64,000 bases of DNA from positions 465 to 64,464 of the forward strand of contig CAKTVG010000003.1 of NCBI GenBank assembly GCA_934622035.1, in the 5' to 3' direction. The position numbers were made by a program, and so were the translations under genes. The notes under the pieces are model-generated. The model did no database searches. It was not told the origin of the DNA and saw nothing but the letters and a program-made list of their open reading frames with translations. Shown piece after piece: positions 26,984-38,962 of this stretch; the first letter of the stretch is position 1, and each line of letters opens with the position of its first letter. Origin of the DNA: an uncultured Oscillospiraceae bacterium. Lineage in GTDB: Bacteria > Bacillota > Clostridia > Oscillospirales > Oscillospiraceae.

Positions 26984-27445
26984 ATGACCCCTGCGCACTC
27001 CGAGCGTGCCAAACGGCGCCGCAGAAAGCGCCGTCTGGCACAGGCCGCTCTGCTGGCACTGCTCGTCTATACGCTCGCCGCAGAGCTGATCGACCTTTTC
27101 TACCCCGCACTGTTTATCGGCCTGCGCGGCTATCTGCGGCCGCTCATTTCTCTGGAGACGCTCGTGCAGATGCACCTGCGCATCCCGCTGCTGCTGCTCT
27201 TTGCCGTACCCGTCGCCGGCTGGGGTCTGCTCTGCGCCGGGAAGGAAACGCCCGGCCGCAGCCTGGTGATCTACCCGCTGTCGGCGGCAATTCTGCTCGA
27301 TCTGCTGTTCACCTTCCTGCATATGCTCCGCGGCGCCTCTCACTGGATGCCCATTGAGGTGGCTTATGCCGCGCTGGAAGGTCTTCCCCTGCTGATTTTG
27401 TCCACGCTTGCACTGATCTGCCTGCATGTCTGGCAGCCAAAATGA
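26984..27445 (+). CDS. Hypothetical small membrane protein (153 aa, Arg-rich N-terminus, 3-4 TM)
   Basis: Its start is separated from the ssnA stop by a single nucleotide (TGAaATG), a GGGGAG RBS precedes it, and its GC3 is high like the host genes. I recognise no family. Confidence 0.5.
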   Translation: MTPAHSERAKRRRRKRRLAQAALLALLVYTLAAELIDLFYPALFIGLRGYLRPLISLETLVQMHLRIPLLLLFAVPVAGWGLLCAGKETPGRSLVIYPLSAAILLDLLFTFLHMLRGASHWMPIEVAYAALEGLPLLILSTLALICLHVWQPK

Positions 27446-27463
27446 AACACAGGAGGTTTTCTC

Positions 27464-30412
27464 ATGTCTGAAAGAATGTATCCCATCCCCTTTAAGGATC
27501 TGATGCGCTGGATCGTTACCGAGCGCGCCAATTGCGGCGAGATTTTCGGCATCCATCAGTCCTACACCGCCGACTCCAGCAAGACGCTCCCCATCTTCGG
27601 CGAAAAGATCGAAACGCCCTTCGGCCCCGCTGCCGGCCCCAACAGCCAGCTTGCGCAGAACATCATCGCCTCCTATGTTGCGGGCGCGCGCTTCTTCGAG
27701 GTCAAGACCGTCCAGAAGATGGACGGCGAGGATCTGGCCGGCTGCGTGCCGCGTCCCTGCATTCTCGCAGACGACGAAGGCTACAACCAGGAATGGTCCA
27801 CTGAGCTGGAGGTTCGCCAGGCGCTGGACGAGTACATCAAGGCATGGTGCGCTCTGAAGGTCATGGCCAAGGTCTGGGGCTACGGTGATCCGGACGGCTT
27901 CGTGTTCAACATGTCCGTCGGCTACGATCTCGAGGGCATCAAGGGCGAGAAGATCGACCATTATATCGAGTCCATGAAGGACGCCTCCGCCACGCCCATC
28001 TTTGCCGAGTGCAAGGCTGTTCTGACCGAGCTTTTCCCCGAGGAAAAGGACTTCATCGCAGCCATCTCCCCGCGCGTCTCCCGCAGCGTCACACTTTCCA
28101 CGCTGCACGGCTGCCCGCCCGATGAGATTGAGCGCATTGCCTCCTATCTCATCACCGAGAAGAAGGTCAATACCTTCGTCAAGTGCAACCCGACCATCCT
28201 CGGCTACCACGACGCGCGCAGCATCCTCGACTCCATGGGTTATGACTACATCGTCTTCGACGAGCACCATTTCAACGAGGATCTGCAGTGGAAGGACGCC
28301 GTCCCGATGTTCGAGCGTCTTCAGGCTCTGGCGGATCAGAACGGGCTGGAGTTCGGCCTGAAGCTGTCGAACACCTTCCCCGTAGACACCACCCGCGGCG
28401 AGCTGCCGAACGACGAAATGTACATGTCCGGCCGTTCTCTCTTCCCCCTGACCATCGAAATGTGTCGCCGCATCTCCACGCAGTTCGGCGGAAAGATGAA
28501 GATTTCCTTCGCAGGCGGCGCGGAATACTTCAACTGCGATAAGCTCTTTGCCGCTGGCATCTGGCCGATCACCGTCGCGACGACCATTCTCAAGCCGGGC
28601 GGCTATAACCGCCTCGTGCAGATGGCAAAAAAGGTCGAGGGCATGGAATTCAAACCCTTTTCCGGCACGGACACCGAAGCCATTGCCGAAATGAGCCGCG
28701 CCTGCCGCACCGATTATCACCATGTCAAGCCCGTCAAGCCCCTGCCCTCCCGCAAGAACGACGAGCAGGTCCCGCTGGTAGACTGCTACATGGCGCCCTG
28801 CAAGGGCGGCTGCCCCATTGCGCAGGACATCCCCGAATACATTGAGCTGTGCAGAAAGGGCCTCTACAACGAAGCTCTCAAGCTCATCACCGAGAAGAAC
28901 CCCCTGCCCTTCATCACCGGCACCATCTGCGCCCACCGCTGCATGGGCAAGTGCAACCGCAATTTCTATGACGAGGCCGTACAGATTCGCGCGACCAAGC
29001 TGATTGCGGCAGAGCGCGGCTATGAGGCGCTGATGTCCTCCATCGAGCGTCCCGCTCCCGTTGCTGGCAAGAAGGCCGCCATCATCGGCGGCGGCCCGAC
29101 CGGCATCGCCGCAGCCTACTTCCTCGGCCGTGCGGGCATCGCCTGCACCATCTTTGAGCGCACCGGTGCGCTCGGCGGCATCGTTCGCCACGTCATCCCC
29201 GAATTCCGCATCTCCGAAGAGGCCATCGGCAAGGATGTCGCTCTGATGCTCGCCTATGGCGCAGAGGTCAAGCTCAACACCGAGGCTCCCTCCGTCGAAG
29301 AGCTGAAGCAGCAGGGCTACACGCACATTCTCTACGCAGTCGGCGCATGGAAGCCCGGCAAGCTGGACATCGAGGGCAACGTCCGCGGCGTCATCGGCTG
29401 GCTGGAGGAAATGAAGGCCGGTAAGGGCGGCGAGCTGGGTCACGTCGCTGTCGTCGGCGGCGGCAACACCGCCATGGACGCGGCACGTGTCGCCAAGCGT
29501 GCAGGAGCAAAATCCTCGACGCTGGTCTACCGCCGTACCAAGAAGTACATGCCCGCCGACGCCGAAGAGCTGGAGCTGGCCATTGCCGACGGCGTGGAGT
29601 TCCTTGAGCTGGTCGCGCCTGTTGCCCAGAAGGACGGCAAGCTGATCTGCAATAAGATGAAGCTCGGCGAGCCGGATGCCTCCGGCCGCAGAAGCCCCGT
29701 TCCCACCGGTGAAACGGTCGAAATTCCCTGCGACCTCGTGATCTCCGCCGTCGGTGAGCAGGTGGACGACACCCTCTTCACCGCCAACGGCATCGAGCTG
29801 AACGTGAAGAAGCGCCCGGCCTTCCGGACGAACCTGGATAACGTCTACGCCGCAGGCGACGCAGCCCGTGGCCCCGCAACCGTCGTCGAAGGCATAGCCG
29901 ACGCCGCTCGCTTTGCGGAAGCCGTCATCGGCGAGGCGCACACCTATGAAATCCCGGCAGAGGCCTACCCCACTGCCGCCGAAGCCGTCGCAAAGAAGGG
30001 CACGCTTGTCATGGCCTGCGACGCCGGCTGCGAAGGCAACCGCTGCCTGGACTGCAACACCGTCTGCCAGAACTGCGCCGATGTCTGCCCGAACCGTGCG
30101 AATATCGTCATCCGCTTTGCCGACGGCCGCACGCAGATCCTGCACGTGGACAAAATGTGCAACGAATGTGGCAACTGCACCTCCTTCTGCCCCTATGCGT
30201 CCCAGCCCTGCAAGGACAAGTTTACGCTCTTCCAGACGGAGCACGACATGGAGGACTCCAAGAACCGCGGCTTCTGCTTCCTCGCGGACGGCAAGGTTCG
30301 CGTCCGCCTTTGTGAGACAAAGGACTACGCTCTGGATGCTGCAAACGACCTGCCGAAGGACATCGAGCTGTTCATCCTGACCGTCAAGGAAAAGTACAGC
30401 TATCTGTTCTGA
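27464..30412 (+). CDS. ygfK: YgfK-like putative selenate reductase/oxidoreductase Fe-S subunit (DHOD-like N-terminus plus GltD-like FAD/NAD(P) and 4Fe-4S C-terminus)
   Basis: 982 aa with a central dinucleotide-binding motif AIIGGGPTGIAAAYFLGRAG and a second one VAVVGGGNTAMDAA. The C-terminal cysteine clusters (CLDCNTVCQNCADVCP, CNECGNCTSFCPY) and the linkage to ssnA support the call. An AGGAGG RBS precedes it. Confidence 0.8.
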   Translation: MSERMYPIPFKDLMRWIVTERANCGEIFGIHQSYTADSSKTLPIFGEKIETPFGPAAGPNSQLAQNIIASYVAGARFFEVKTVQKMDGEDLAGCVPRPCILADDEGYNQEWSTELEVRQALDEYIKAWCALKVMAKVWGYGDPDGFVFNMSVGYDLEGIKGEKIDHYIESMKDASATPIFAECKAVLTELFPEEKDFIAAISPRVSRSVTLSTLHGCPPDEIERIASYLITEKKVNTFVKCNPTILGYHDARSILDSMGYDYIVFDEHHFNEDLQWKDAVPMFERLQALADQNGLEFGLKLSNTFPVDTTRGELPNDEMYMSGRSLFPLTIEMCRRISTQFGGKMKISFAGGAEYFNCDKLFAAGIWPITVATTILKPGGYNRLVQMAKKVEGMEFKPFSGTDTEAIAEMSRACRTDYHHVKPVKPLPSRKNDEQVPLVDCYMAPCKGGCPIAQDIPEYIELCRKGLYNEALKLITEKNPLPFITGTICAHRCMGKCNRNFYDEAVQIRATKLIAAERGYEALMSSIERPAPVAGKKAAIIGGGPTGIAAAYFLGRAGIACTIFERTGALGGIVRHVIPEFRISEEAIGKDVALMLAYGAEVKLNTEAPSVEELKQQGYTHILYAVGAWKPGKLDIEGNVRGVIGWLEEMKAGKGGELGHVAVVGGGNTAMDAARVAKRAGAKSSTLVYRRTKKYMPADAEELELAIADGVEFLELVAPVAQKDGKLICNKMKLGEPDASGRRSPVPTGETVEIPCDLVISAVGEQVDDTLFTANGIELNVKKRPAFRTNLDNVYAAGDAARGPATVVEGIADAARFAEAVIGEAHTYEIPAEAYPTAAEAVAKKGTLVMACDAGCEGNRCLDCNTVCQNCADVCPNRANIVIRFADGRTQILHVDKMCNECGNCTSFCPYASQPCKDKFTLFQTEHDMEDSKNRGFCFLADGKVRVRLCETKDYALDAANDLPKDIELFILTVKEKYSYLF

Positions 30413-30443
30413 TTCTAATACGCTTATACTCTTATGTATGGAA

Positions 30444-30476
30444 CCTCCCGCAGCTGAGCCTGCGGGAGGTTTTTCT
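30444..30476 (+). terminator. Intrinsic terminator after ygfK
   Basis: CCTCCCGCAG-ctgag-CCTGCGGGAGG followed by TTTTT. Confidence 0.75.
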
Positions 30477-30624
30477 GTTCGCCCATTGTGGACTTTTGTT
30501 TATCTGCCCAATTTCGTTTTTCAAAAAAGTCCCAGAATCAGCGGAATTTCTTCAAAGAAACGATTGTAATCCGCCCTTTTTCAGAGTATAATAGATAGAA
30601 ATTCTGAATAAGGAGGACGTTGAA

Positions 30625-31638
30625 ATGAGTAACTGCCGCATTCCCGATGGATACTCGAGCCCACTGAGCGTGTACGAAACGCAATGCGCGATCGAGTTCA
30701 TCAAGCACAATTTCCAGAAGAATCTGTGCCACGCACTGAATCTGATGCGCGTGTCGGCCCCACTGTTTGTAGAAGGAGCATCCGGCCTGAATGACAATCT
30801 CAATGGCTATGAGCGCCCCGTCTCTTTCGACGTCCCCGACGTCGGCGTTGAGGCACAGGTCGTGCATTCGCTTGCCAAATGGAAGCGCTATGCGCTTGCG
30901 CGTTATGGCTTCCGTCCCGGCAAGGGGCTTGTCACGGACATGAACGCCATCCGGCGCGACGAAATCGTAGACAATCTGCATTCCGTCTATGTCGATCAAT
31001 GGGACTGGGAAAAGGTCATCACACGTGAGCAGCGAACAGAGGCGTATCTCTGCCAGACCGTGCAGCACATTGTCAATGCGATTTATGTCACAAATGAAAC
31101 GCTGAAAATTGAATTCCCTCAGCTTTCCGTCGACCTTCCGCGTGAGGTTCTGTTCGTAAAAACGCAGGAGCTGGAGGATCTCTACCCCGGTCTTTCCTCC
31201 TCCGAACGTGAAACCGCCTACCTCCGCGCACATCCGGGCAAGGCCGTGTTCCTGATGCAGATCGGCGGTGCACTGCGCTCCGGCAAGCCGCACGACGGCC
31301 GCTCGCCGGACTATGACGACTGGGCTCTCAACGGCGACATTCTCTTCTGGAACGAAACCCTCGGCCGCGCCTTTGAGGTTTCGTCCATGGGCATCCGCGT
31401 GGATGCCGAATCACTTGACCGTCAGCTTGCCATTTCCGGCTGTGACGATCGCCGCACCCTTCCATTCCACAAGGCGCTGCTGGCAAACGAGCTGCCTTTG
31501 ACCATCGGCGGCGGAATCGGCCAGTCCCGGCTCTGTATGCTGCTCATCGGCTGCGCCCACATTGGCGAGGTTCAGTCCAGCGTTTGGGACAAAGAAACCA
31601 TTTCCGCCTGCAAGCAGGCAGGCGTCATGCTGTTATAA
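30625..31638 (+). CDS. asnA: Aspartate--ammonia ligase (asparagine synthetase A)
   Basis: 337 aa, AsnA family (class II aaRS-like fold), matching E. coli AsnA in length and motifs ([13 protein letters not shown]). Confidence 0.92.
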   Translation: MSNCRIPDGYSSPLSVYETQCAIEFIKHNFQKNLCHALNLMRVSAPLFVEGASGLNDNLNGYERPVSFDVPDVGVEAQVVHSLAKWKRYALARYGFRPGKGLVTDMNAIRRDEIVDNLHSVYVDQWDWEKVITREQRTEAYLCQTVQHIVNAIYVTNETLKIEFPQLSVDLPREVLFVKTQELEDLYPGLSSSERETAYLRAHPGKAVFLMQIGGALRSGKPHDGRSPDYDDWALNGDILFWNETLGRAFEVSSMGIRVDAESLDRQLAISGCDDRRTLPFHKALLANELPLTIGGGIGQSRLCMLLIGCAHIGEVQSSVWDKETISACKQAGVMLL

Positions 31639-31651
31639 GAGAGGAAAAACC

Positions 31652-33043
<1,392 letters not shown>

Positions 33044-33053
33044 TTCATGCAAA

Positions 33054-33090
33054 CAGCACCATGGTAATCCATGGTGCTGTAATTATTTTG
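33054..33090 (+). terminator. Intrinsic terminator after asnS
   Basis: CAGCACCATGG-taat-CCATGGTGCTG followed by TAATTATTTT. Confidence 0.75.
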
Positions 33091-33365
33091 AAGGCATACT
33101 TGCTGTTTTCCCGCCGCGCAAATGGAAACAGAATGTTACCGTTTTGTGTCCAAGTTTACAATAACCATAATTTTTCGATTTGCTGACAAAAGTTATAAAC
33201 ATTCTGCACAGGGTTGTGAACAGGTATTGCGGAAGAAAGTTCCCGATTCAGCAAATTTCGACCCTTTCTCCAAAGCTTCGCAAATGAGTTATGCACATGC
33301 ACAGCCATCACTTTGTTTACATAATTCTAATTTGCCGTCAGATTCACGAAGTTTAAAATTGCATA

Positions 33366-33398
33366 GAAAAATGCAGGATGCTCCCGTGCATCCTGCAT
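33366..33398 (-). terminator. Terminator hairpin downstream of tsaD
   Basis: ATGCAGGATGC/GCATCCTGCAT forms an 11-bp stem, but the U tract is short (about 4), so this is a weaker call. Confidence 0.55.
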
Positions 33399-33404
33399 TT
33401 GTTC

Positions 33405-34421
33405 TTAAAGCGTTTCGCCCTCCATGGATTTGGTCGCATAGGCATTGAGCGTCTGGTCGGCAATGTTTCCGCTCAGGAATTCATAGTAGCCCTGTGCACC
33501 GATCATCGCCGCATTGTCTCCGCAGAGGCTGAGCGGCGGCATGCAGAGACGGACGCCGCGTTTCTTCGTTTCACGCGTCAAATCCGCACGAATTCTGCTG
33601 TTCGCCGCGACGCCACCGGCGACAGCGAGCGTCTTTCTGCCGGTCAATTCCAGTGCCCGCATCGCGCGGGGAATCAGCATTTCGCTGACCGCCGCAGAGA
33701 AAGACGCACACAAATCCGCAACGCAGATTTCCTGCCCCTTCTGGTTGGCATTGTGAATCAAGTTCACCGCCGCTGTCTTCAGCCCGGAAAAGGACATGTC
33801 CAGCGGATTGCCGGAAAGCTTTGTTCGCGGCAGCGCATAGCGCGTTTCAACGCCGCTTTGCGCGGCTTTATCCAGGGCCGCGCCGCCCGGATAGGGCATA
33901 TTCAGCATCCTGGCGACCTTATCAAAGCATTCTCCGGCCGCATCGTCACGCGTTCCGCCCAGAATCTCCATTTTGGTGTAGTCCTGCACATCGACAAGCA
34001 TCGTGTGCCCACCGGAAACGACAAGGCAGAGAAAGGGCGGCTCTAGGTCGGGATAGGCCAGATAGTTTGCCGCAATGTGCCCGCGGATATGGTGCACGGG
34101 CACGAGTGGCACGCCCAAAGAAAGCGCCGCCGCTTTCGCAAAATTCACTCCGACGAGCAGCGCTCCGATCAGGCCGGGCGCATAGGTCACGGCGATTGCG
34201 TCAATTTCGTCTCTCGTCACATTAGCATTCGCAAGTGCCTGCTCTGCCAGACCGTAAATCGCCTCGATATGCTTCCGCGAGGCAATCTCCGGCACCACGC
34301 CGCCATAGAGGCGGTGCAGCGGCACCTGCGAGGCAATGCAGTCCGTCAGGACCTCCCGCCCATCGCGAACCAGCGCAACGGCCGTCTCGTCGCAGGAGGA
34401 TTCCACCGATAGTATCAGCAT
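33405..34421 (-). CDS. tsaD: tRNA N6-adenosine threonylcarbamoyltransferase
   Basis: Kae1/TsaD family (ILSVESSCDETAVALV, HHIRGH metal site). The start is MLILSVESS with an AAAGGAAC RBS; the longer ORF in the track is an over-extension. Confidence 0.95.
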   Translation of the reverse strand: MLILSVESSCDETAVALVRDGREVLTDCIASQVPLHRLYGGVVPEIASRKHIEAIYGLAEQALANANVTRDEIDAIAVTYAPGLIGALLVGVNFAKAAALSLGVPLVPVHHIRGHIAANYLAYPDLEPPFLCLVVSGGHTMLVDVQDYTKMEILGGTRDDAAGECFDKVARMLNMPYPGGAALDKAAQSGVETRYALPRTKLSGNPLDMSFSGLKTAAVNLIHNANQKGQEICVADLCASFSAAVSEMLIPRAMRALELTGRKTLAVAGGVAANSRIRADLTRETKKRGVRLCMPPLSLCGDNAAMIGAQGYYEFLSGNIADQTLNAYATKSMEGETL

Positions 34422-34422
34422 G

Positions 34423-34860
34423 TTACAGTTCCTTTCTGAGGATGAGCGCGTCCTCAATCGGGTTGACATAATATTTCTTTCTGCAACCGGCCAGCGCAAA
34501 TCCGTTCTTTTCGTACAGCGCACGCGCTGCGGTGTTTGACACACGTACTTCAAGTGCAAGTGAAGTAATTCCCCGCGCGCGCAGTTCGGTACACAGCGTG
34601 TCAAGCAGCCTCTGTCCGATGCCTTCACGCCGCCGTTCCGGCGCGACAGCCAGATTCATCATATCCGCCTCCGGCGGCACCAGCTGCGAGCCGACGTACC
34701 CGGCAAGCGTGCCGTCCTCCTCGGCGACAAGCCAGAAGCTCCACTCGCTGCTCAATTCGGCAGCAACGGACGCCCGGCTCCACGGGTCGGAAAAGCACTG
34801 CTTCTCCAGCGCCGCAATGGCATCAAGATGCCGCTCCGCCATTGGCATGATCTCCGTCAT
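34423..34860 (-). CDS. rimI: Ribosomal-protein-alanine N-acetyltransferase (GNAT)
   Basis: 145-aa GNAT with the motif-A region (RRREGIGQRLL). It is translationally coupled to tsaD and polA. Confidence 0.85.
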   Translation of the reverse strand: MTEIMPMAERHLDAIAALEKQCFSDPWSRASVAAELSSEWSFWLVAEEDGTLAGYVGSQLVPPEADMMNLAVAPERRREGIGQRLLDTLCTELRARGITSLALEVRVSNTAARALYEKNGFALAGCRKKYYVNPIEDALILRKEL

Positions 34861-37469
34861 TTCGCCGCATACCAGCTTTCTCCCATTTTTGCCTCCGCCA
34901 CCAGCGGAACCTCGAGCTGCACGGCGTGCTCCATCTGCTCCGTGACAATCTGCATCACGCGCATCGCCTCAAAGGCCGGACATTCCACAATCAGCTCGTC
35001 GTGCACCTGCAGAACAAGCTGCGCCTGCAAGCCCTCTTCCTCCAGCGCCGCGTGAACGCGCACCATCGCCAGCTTGATGATGTCTGCCGCGCTGCCCTGC
35101 ACCGGCGTGTTGAGCGCGATGCGCTCCGCGCCGGAGCGGACATTGAAGTTGCTGCTCTTGATTTCCGGAATCGCGCGGCGGCGGTGGAAAATCGTCTCCA
35201 CATAGCCCTGCTCCCGCGCCGTCTCGACGATATTGTGCATATATTCCCGCACGCCGTGGTATTTTTCCAGGTAGCTGTCGATATACGCCTTGGCCTCATA
35301 GCGCGAAACGCCGATGTCCTGCGCAAGGGAGAACTCAGAAATGCCATACACAATGCCGAAGTTGACCGCCTTGGCATGGCGGCGCATCAGCGGCGTCACC
35401 GCATCAATCGGCACCCCGAACACCTGCGAGGCCGTGACGGTGTGGAAATCCTCGCCGCTTTGGAATGCCTCCTGCATCCGCTTGTCATGCGCAATGTGCG
35501 CCAGGACGCGCAGCTCGATCTGGCTGTAGTCCGCATCGACAAAGACCCAGCCCGGCCGCGGCACAAACATCTTTCGAATCTCGCTGCCAAGCTCCGTTCG
35601 CACCGGAATGTTTTGCAGATTCGGCTCGGTTGAAGACAGGCGGCCGGTCGCCGTAACCAGATTCTGAAAGGTCGTGTGAATCCGGCCGTCCGCTGCGATC
35701 TCTTTTTGCAGACCGTCGGCATAGGTGGATTTCAGCTTGGTAAGCATGCGGTAATCCATGATCGCCTGCACCACGGGATGCTTGTCCCGCAGCTTTTCCA
35801 GCACCTCCACATTTGTGGAATAGCCACTTTTCGTCTTCTTGACCGGCGGCAGACCGAGCTTTTCAAAGAGCAGCTCTCCGAGCTGACGCGTGGAATTGAT
35901 GTTGAATTCTCCACCTGCACAGTCAAAAATCAATGTCTGGCAGCCGTCGATGCGCTCAGAAAGCATCTTGCCGAATGCGGAAAGCGCCTGTGCGTCTACA
36001 TGCACGCCGGTCGCTTCCATTCGTGCCAGCACCTCGCAGAGCGGCAGCTCGATCTCAAGGAAGAGCTTCTCCATTCCCTGCTCACGCAGCTTCTGTGCAA
36101 AGATTTCATGCAGTCCCTCCACACAGGATGTCTCGATGGCCAAAATCGTTTCCTGTGGGAATTCCGTCTCCGTTGCGGGCGTGAAGTGCAGATAATCCGC
36201 CGTCACGCGGGAAAGCTCATACTTTCCGCGCGTTGCATCGAGAAGGTAGGCCGCCACGGCGGTGTCAAAGACAAAACCGCCGCATTCCGGGTAATGCTCG
36301 AGCAGCCTGCGCATCAGGGGCTTGGTGTCGTGCGCAATTTTGGGAACCTCCGGAGAGGCCAGCCGCGCCAGCGCGGCTGCGTAATCCCCGGCCAGCGTCT
36401 CCTGCTTGAGCAAATACATCGTGTTGCTGTCCGCATAACAGAACGCGGCGGCATCCAGCGCTTCAGAGAGCGACAGATAAACCGTGCGTCCGTCCAGCAG
36501 CTCCTTCGCCCGTGTCAGAGATTCCACTTCCTCGACCGTGCATTCGGCCGTAAATACTTCCGTTTCTTCTGCGGTTTCCGGCGCTTCCAGCGCCGCGCCG
36601 CGGAGCTGATAGCGGTCGATCAGCTTCTGAAATTCCAGCTTGGTAAATAGATCATACAGCTCACGGCGCTTCGGCGGCTGCACCAGATTCTTCTCCGGCG
36701 CAAAGTCTATCAACGGCGCATTGCAGCGGATCGTCGCCAAATCATAGGATAAATAGGCCATATCTTTGCTGTTTTCCAGCTTTTCGCGAAGTTTTCCCTT
36801 GATCTCCGGGCTGTTGAGATGGTCATAGACGCCATCGAGCGTGCCGAATTTGTGCAGCAGATCGCCCGCCGTTTTCGGCCCGACACCCGCAACGCCGGGG
36901 ATGTTGTCCGAGCTGTCACCCATCAGCGCCTTTAAATCGACCAGCCGCGCGGGCGCAAAGCCATACTCCGCCTCGAACACCTCCGGCGTATAATTGACGC
37001 TGAGCGTCTGCCCACCCTGTGAGCGCACGAGCTTGACCGTCACATGAGAATTCACCAGCTGCAAGCTGTCGCGGTCACCGGTCAGAATCACGCAGTCCCA
37101 GCCGGCCTCGCTGCATTTCACACTCACCGTGCCGATCACGTCGTCCGCTTCCCAGCCCTGGCACTCATAAATCGGGATATTCATCGCCGTCAGCACCTGC
37201 TTCATCAGCGGCATCTGCATGGCAAGCTCCTCCGGCATCGCATGGCGCGTCGCCTTATAGCCGTCATATTTCAAATGGCGGAACGTCGGCCCGTGCAGAT
37301 CAAAGGCGACGCAGAGCGCGTCCGGCTTCTCCTCCGTTGTGACCTTTTGCAGGATATTCAAAAAACCATAAATGGCGTTCGTGTAGAGTCCCTCGCGCGT
37401 TGTCAGCGGCTTGACGCCGTAAAACGCGCGGTTGATGACACTGTTGCCATCCAGGATCATCAGCTTCAT
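34857..37469 (-). CDS. polA: DNA polymerase I
   Basis: 870 aa with a 5'-3' exonuclease N-terminus (MKLMILDGNSVINRAFYG) and Pol A family motifs A/B/C (DYSQIELR, RRHAKAVNFGIVYG, VHDE). Confidence 0.95.
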   Translation of the reverse strand: MKLMILDGNSVINRAFYGVKPLTTREGLYTNAIYGFLNILQKVTTEEKPDALCVAFDLHGPTFRHLKYDGYKATRHAMPEELAMQMPLMKQVLTAMNIPIYECQGWEADDVIGTVSVKCSEAGWDCVILTGDRDSLQLVNSHVTVKLVRSQGGQTLSVNYTPEVFEAEYGFAPARLVDLKALMGDSSDNIPGVAGVGPKTAGDLLHKFGTLDGVYDHLNSPEIKGKLREKLENSKDMAYLSYDLATIRCNAPLIDFAPEKNLVQPPKRRELYDLFTKLEFQKLIDRYQLRGAALEAPETAEETEVFTAECTVEEVESLTRAKELLDGRTVYLSLSEALDAAAFCYADSNTMYLLKQETLAGDYAAALARLASPEVPKIAHDTKPLMRRLLEHYPECGGFVFDTAVAAYLLDATRGKYELSRVTADYLHFTPATETEFPQETILAIETSCVEGLHEIFAQKLREQGMEKLFLEIELPLCEVLARMEATGVHVDAQALSAFGKMLSERIDGCQTLIFDCAGGEFNINSTRQLGELLFEKLGLPPVKKTKSGYSTNVEVLEKLRDKHPVVQAIMDYRMLTKLKSTYADGLQKEIAADGRIHTTFQNLVTATGRLSSTEPNLQNIPVRTELGSEIRKMFVPRPGWVFVDADYSQIELRVLAHIAHDKRMQEAFQSGEDFHTVTASQVFGVPIDAVTPLMRRHAKAVNFGIVYGISEFSLAQDIGVSRYEAKAYIDSYLEKYHGVREYMHNIVETAREQGYVETIFHRRRAIPEIKSSNFNVRSGAERIALNTPVQGSAADIIKLAMVRVHAALEEEGLQAQLVLQVHDELIVECPAFEAMRVMQIVTEQMEHAVQLEVPLVAEAKMGESWYAAK

Positions 37470-37481
37470 ATTACGCTCCTT

Positions 37482-38903
37482 TCAGATGCGCTTGCATACC
37501 GCTCCCTGCGGGGTATCGATCAGTTCATAGCCCTTCGCCTTCAGTTCATCGCGGATACGGTCTGCCTCGGCCCAGTTTTTTGCCTTCTTGGCCGCCGTTC
37601 TGGCCTCGACCAGTGCGGCGATCTCCGCAGGCAGCTCAACGCCTTTCTCCTTCGGCTGCGCATCCCGCTCCTTCTGCGCAGCGGAGAGCAGGTTCAGGCC
37701 CAGCACCCGGTCGAAATCGGCCAGCGCCGCCAGCTTGGTCGCGTCATTCGTCTTTGCCTTCAAGACGTCATACAGCGCCGTGACAGCAAGGGAGGTATTG
37801 AGGTCACCGTTCAGTGCTGCTTCAAAGCGCTGCTTCAGTGCAGCAAGGGCTGCCTCATCTACAGGCTCCTTCGTATCAGGCTTCAGCGCGGCAATCTTTG
37901 CAATCAGCTTCTGATAGGTCAGCGCCGCATTGTCCAGGTTTTCCCAGGAAAAGACGAGGTTGCGGCGGTAGTGGCTTTGCAAGCAGAAAAGCCGGTAGAC
38001 AATCGGGTCATAGTCCTTCTCCTCCAGCAGGGAAACCGTCAGAAACTCTCCCTTGGACTTGGACATCTTGCCGCTTTCCGTGTTCAGGTGGTGGACATGG
38101 AACCAGTAATTGCACCATTTATGGCCAAGATAGGCCTCGGACTGCGCAATTTCATTTGTGTGGTGCGGGAAGGCGTTGTCGATGCCGCCGCAGTGGATAT
38201 CCAGGTATTCGCCAAGATGCTTGATGCTGATGCCGGAGCACTCGATGTGCCAACCGGGATAGCCGACACCCCAGGGAGAATCCCACTTCAGCGCCTGATC
38301 CTCGAATTTGGACTTTGTAAACCAGAGAACAAAGTCGTTTTTATTGCGCTTGTTCGTGTCCTCCTCCACGCCCTCACGGACGCCGACTTCTAGGTCTTCC
38401 TCGTTGTGGTCGTTGAAGACATAGTACTTTTCCAGCTTGGAGGTGTCAAAATACACGTTTCCGCCCGCAAGATAGGCGTACCCCTTCTCCAGCAGCGTTT
38501 CAATCAGATGGATATACTCCGGAATGCAGTGCGTTGCCGGTTCCACGACGTCCGGGCGCTTGATATTCAGCTTGTCGCAGTCGGCGAAGAAGGCGTCGGT
38601 ATAAAACTTCGCGATTTCCATGACGCTCTTGTGCTCGCGCTTTGCGCCCTTGAGCATCTTGTCCTCGCCGGTGTCGGCGTCGGATGCCAGATGACCGACA
38701 TCCGTGATGTTCATCACGCGCTTGACCGGGTAGCCTAGGTAGCGCAGGCTCTTTTCCAGCACGTCCTCCATGATATAGCTGCGCAGATTGCCGATATGCG
38801 CAAAATGATAGACCGTGGGGCCGCAGGTGTACATCTTTACGAGCTTCGGATCGTTGGGAACAAACAGTTCCTTTTTGTGGGTCAGAGAATTATAAAGATA
38901 CAT
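37482..38903 (-). CDS. cysS: Cysteinyl-tRNA synthetase
   Basis: HIGN and KMSKS class I motifs, 473 aa. Confidence 0.95.
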   Translation of the reverse strand: MYLYNSLTHKKELFVPNDPKLVKMYTCGPTVYHFAHIGNLRSYIMEDVLEKSLRYLGYPVKRVMNITDVGHLASDADTGEDKMLKGAKREHKSVMEIAKFYTDAFFADCDKLNIKRPDVVEPATHCIPEYIHLIETLLEKGYAYLAGGNVYFDTSKLEKYYVFNDHNEEDLEVGVREGVEEDTNKRNKNDFVLWFTKSKFEDQALKWDSPWGVGYPGWHIECSGISIKHLGEYLDIHCGGIDNAFPHHTNEIAQSEAYLGHKWCNYWFHVHHLNTESGKMSKSKGEFLTVSLLEEKDYDPIVYRLFCLQSHYRRNLVFSWENLDNAALTYQKLIAKIAALKPDTKEPVDEAALAALKQRFEAALNGDLNTSLAVTALYDVLKAKTNDATKLAALADFDRVLGLNLLSAAQKERDAQPKEKGVELPAEIAALVEARTAAKKAKNWAEADRIRDELKAKGYELIDTPQGAVCKRI

Positions 38904-38962
38904 TTTTCATCTTCCTTTCTTTTGAGCGCCTCTGCGTAAACCAACAGAGGCAGACGGTAGGT

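Noticed and set aside
25405-30244. Very long minus-strand ORFs (25405-27012 and 26876-30244, 1122 aa) antisense to ssnA and ygfK.
   Set aside because: They are shadow ORFs with Gly/Ala/Arg/Asp-rich, low-complexity translations, while the plus strand encodes recognisable SsnA and YgfK.
33122-33448. A 108-aa ORF inside the AT-rich asnS/tsaD gap.
   Set aside because: It has no RBS and an atypical composition. Its 3' end runs through the tsaD terminator and into the tsaD 3' end on the opposite strand.
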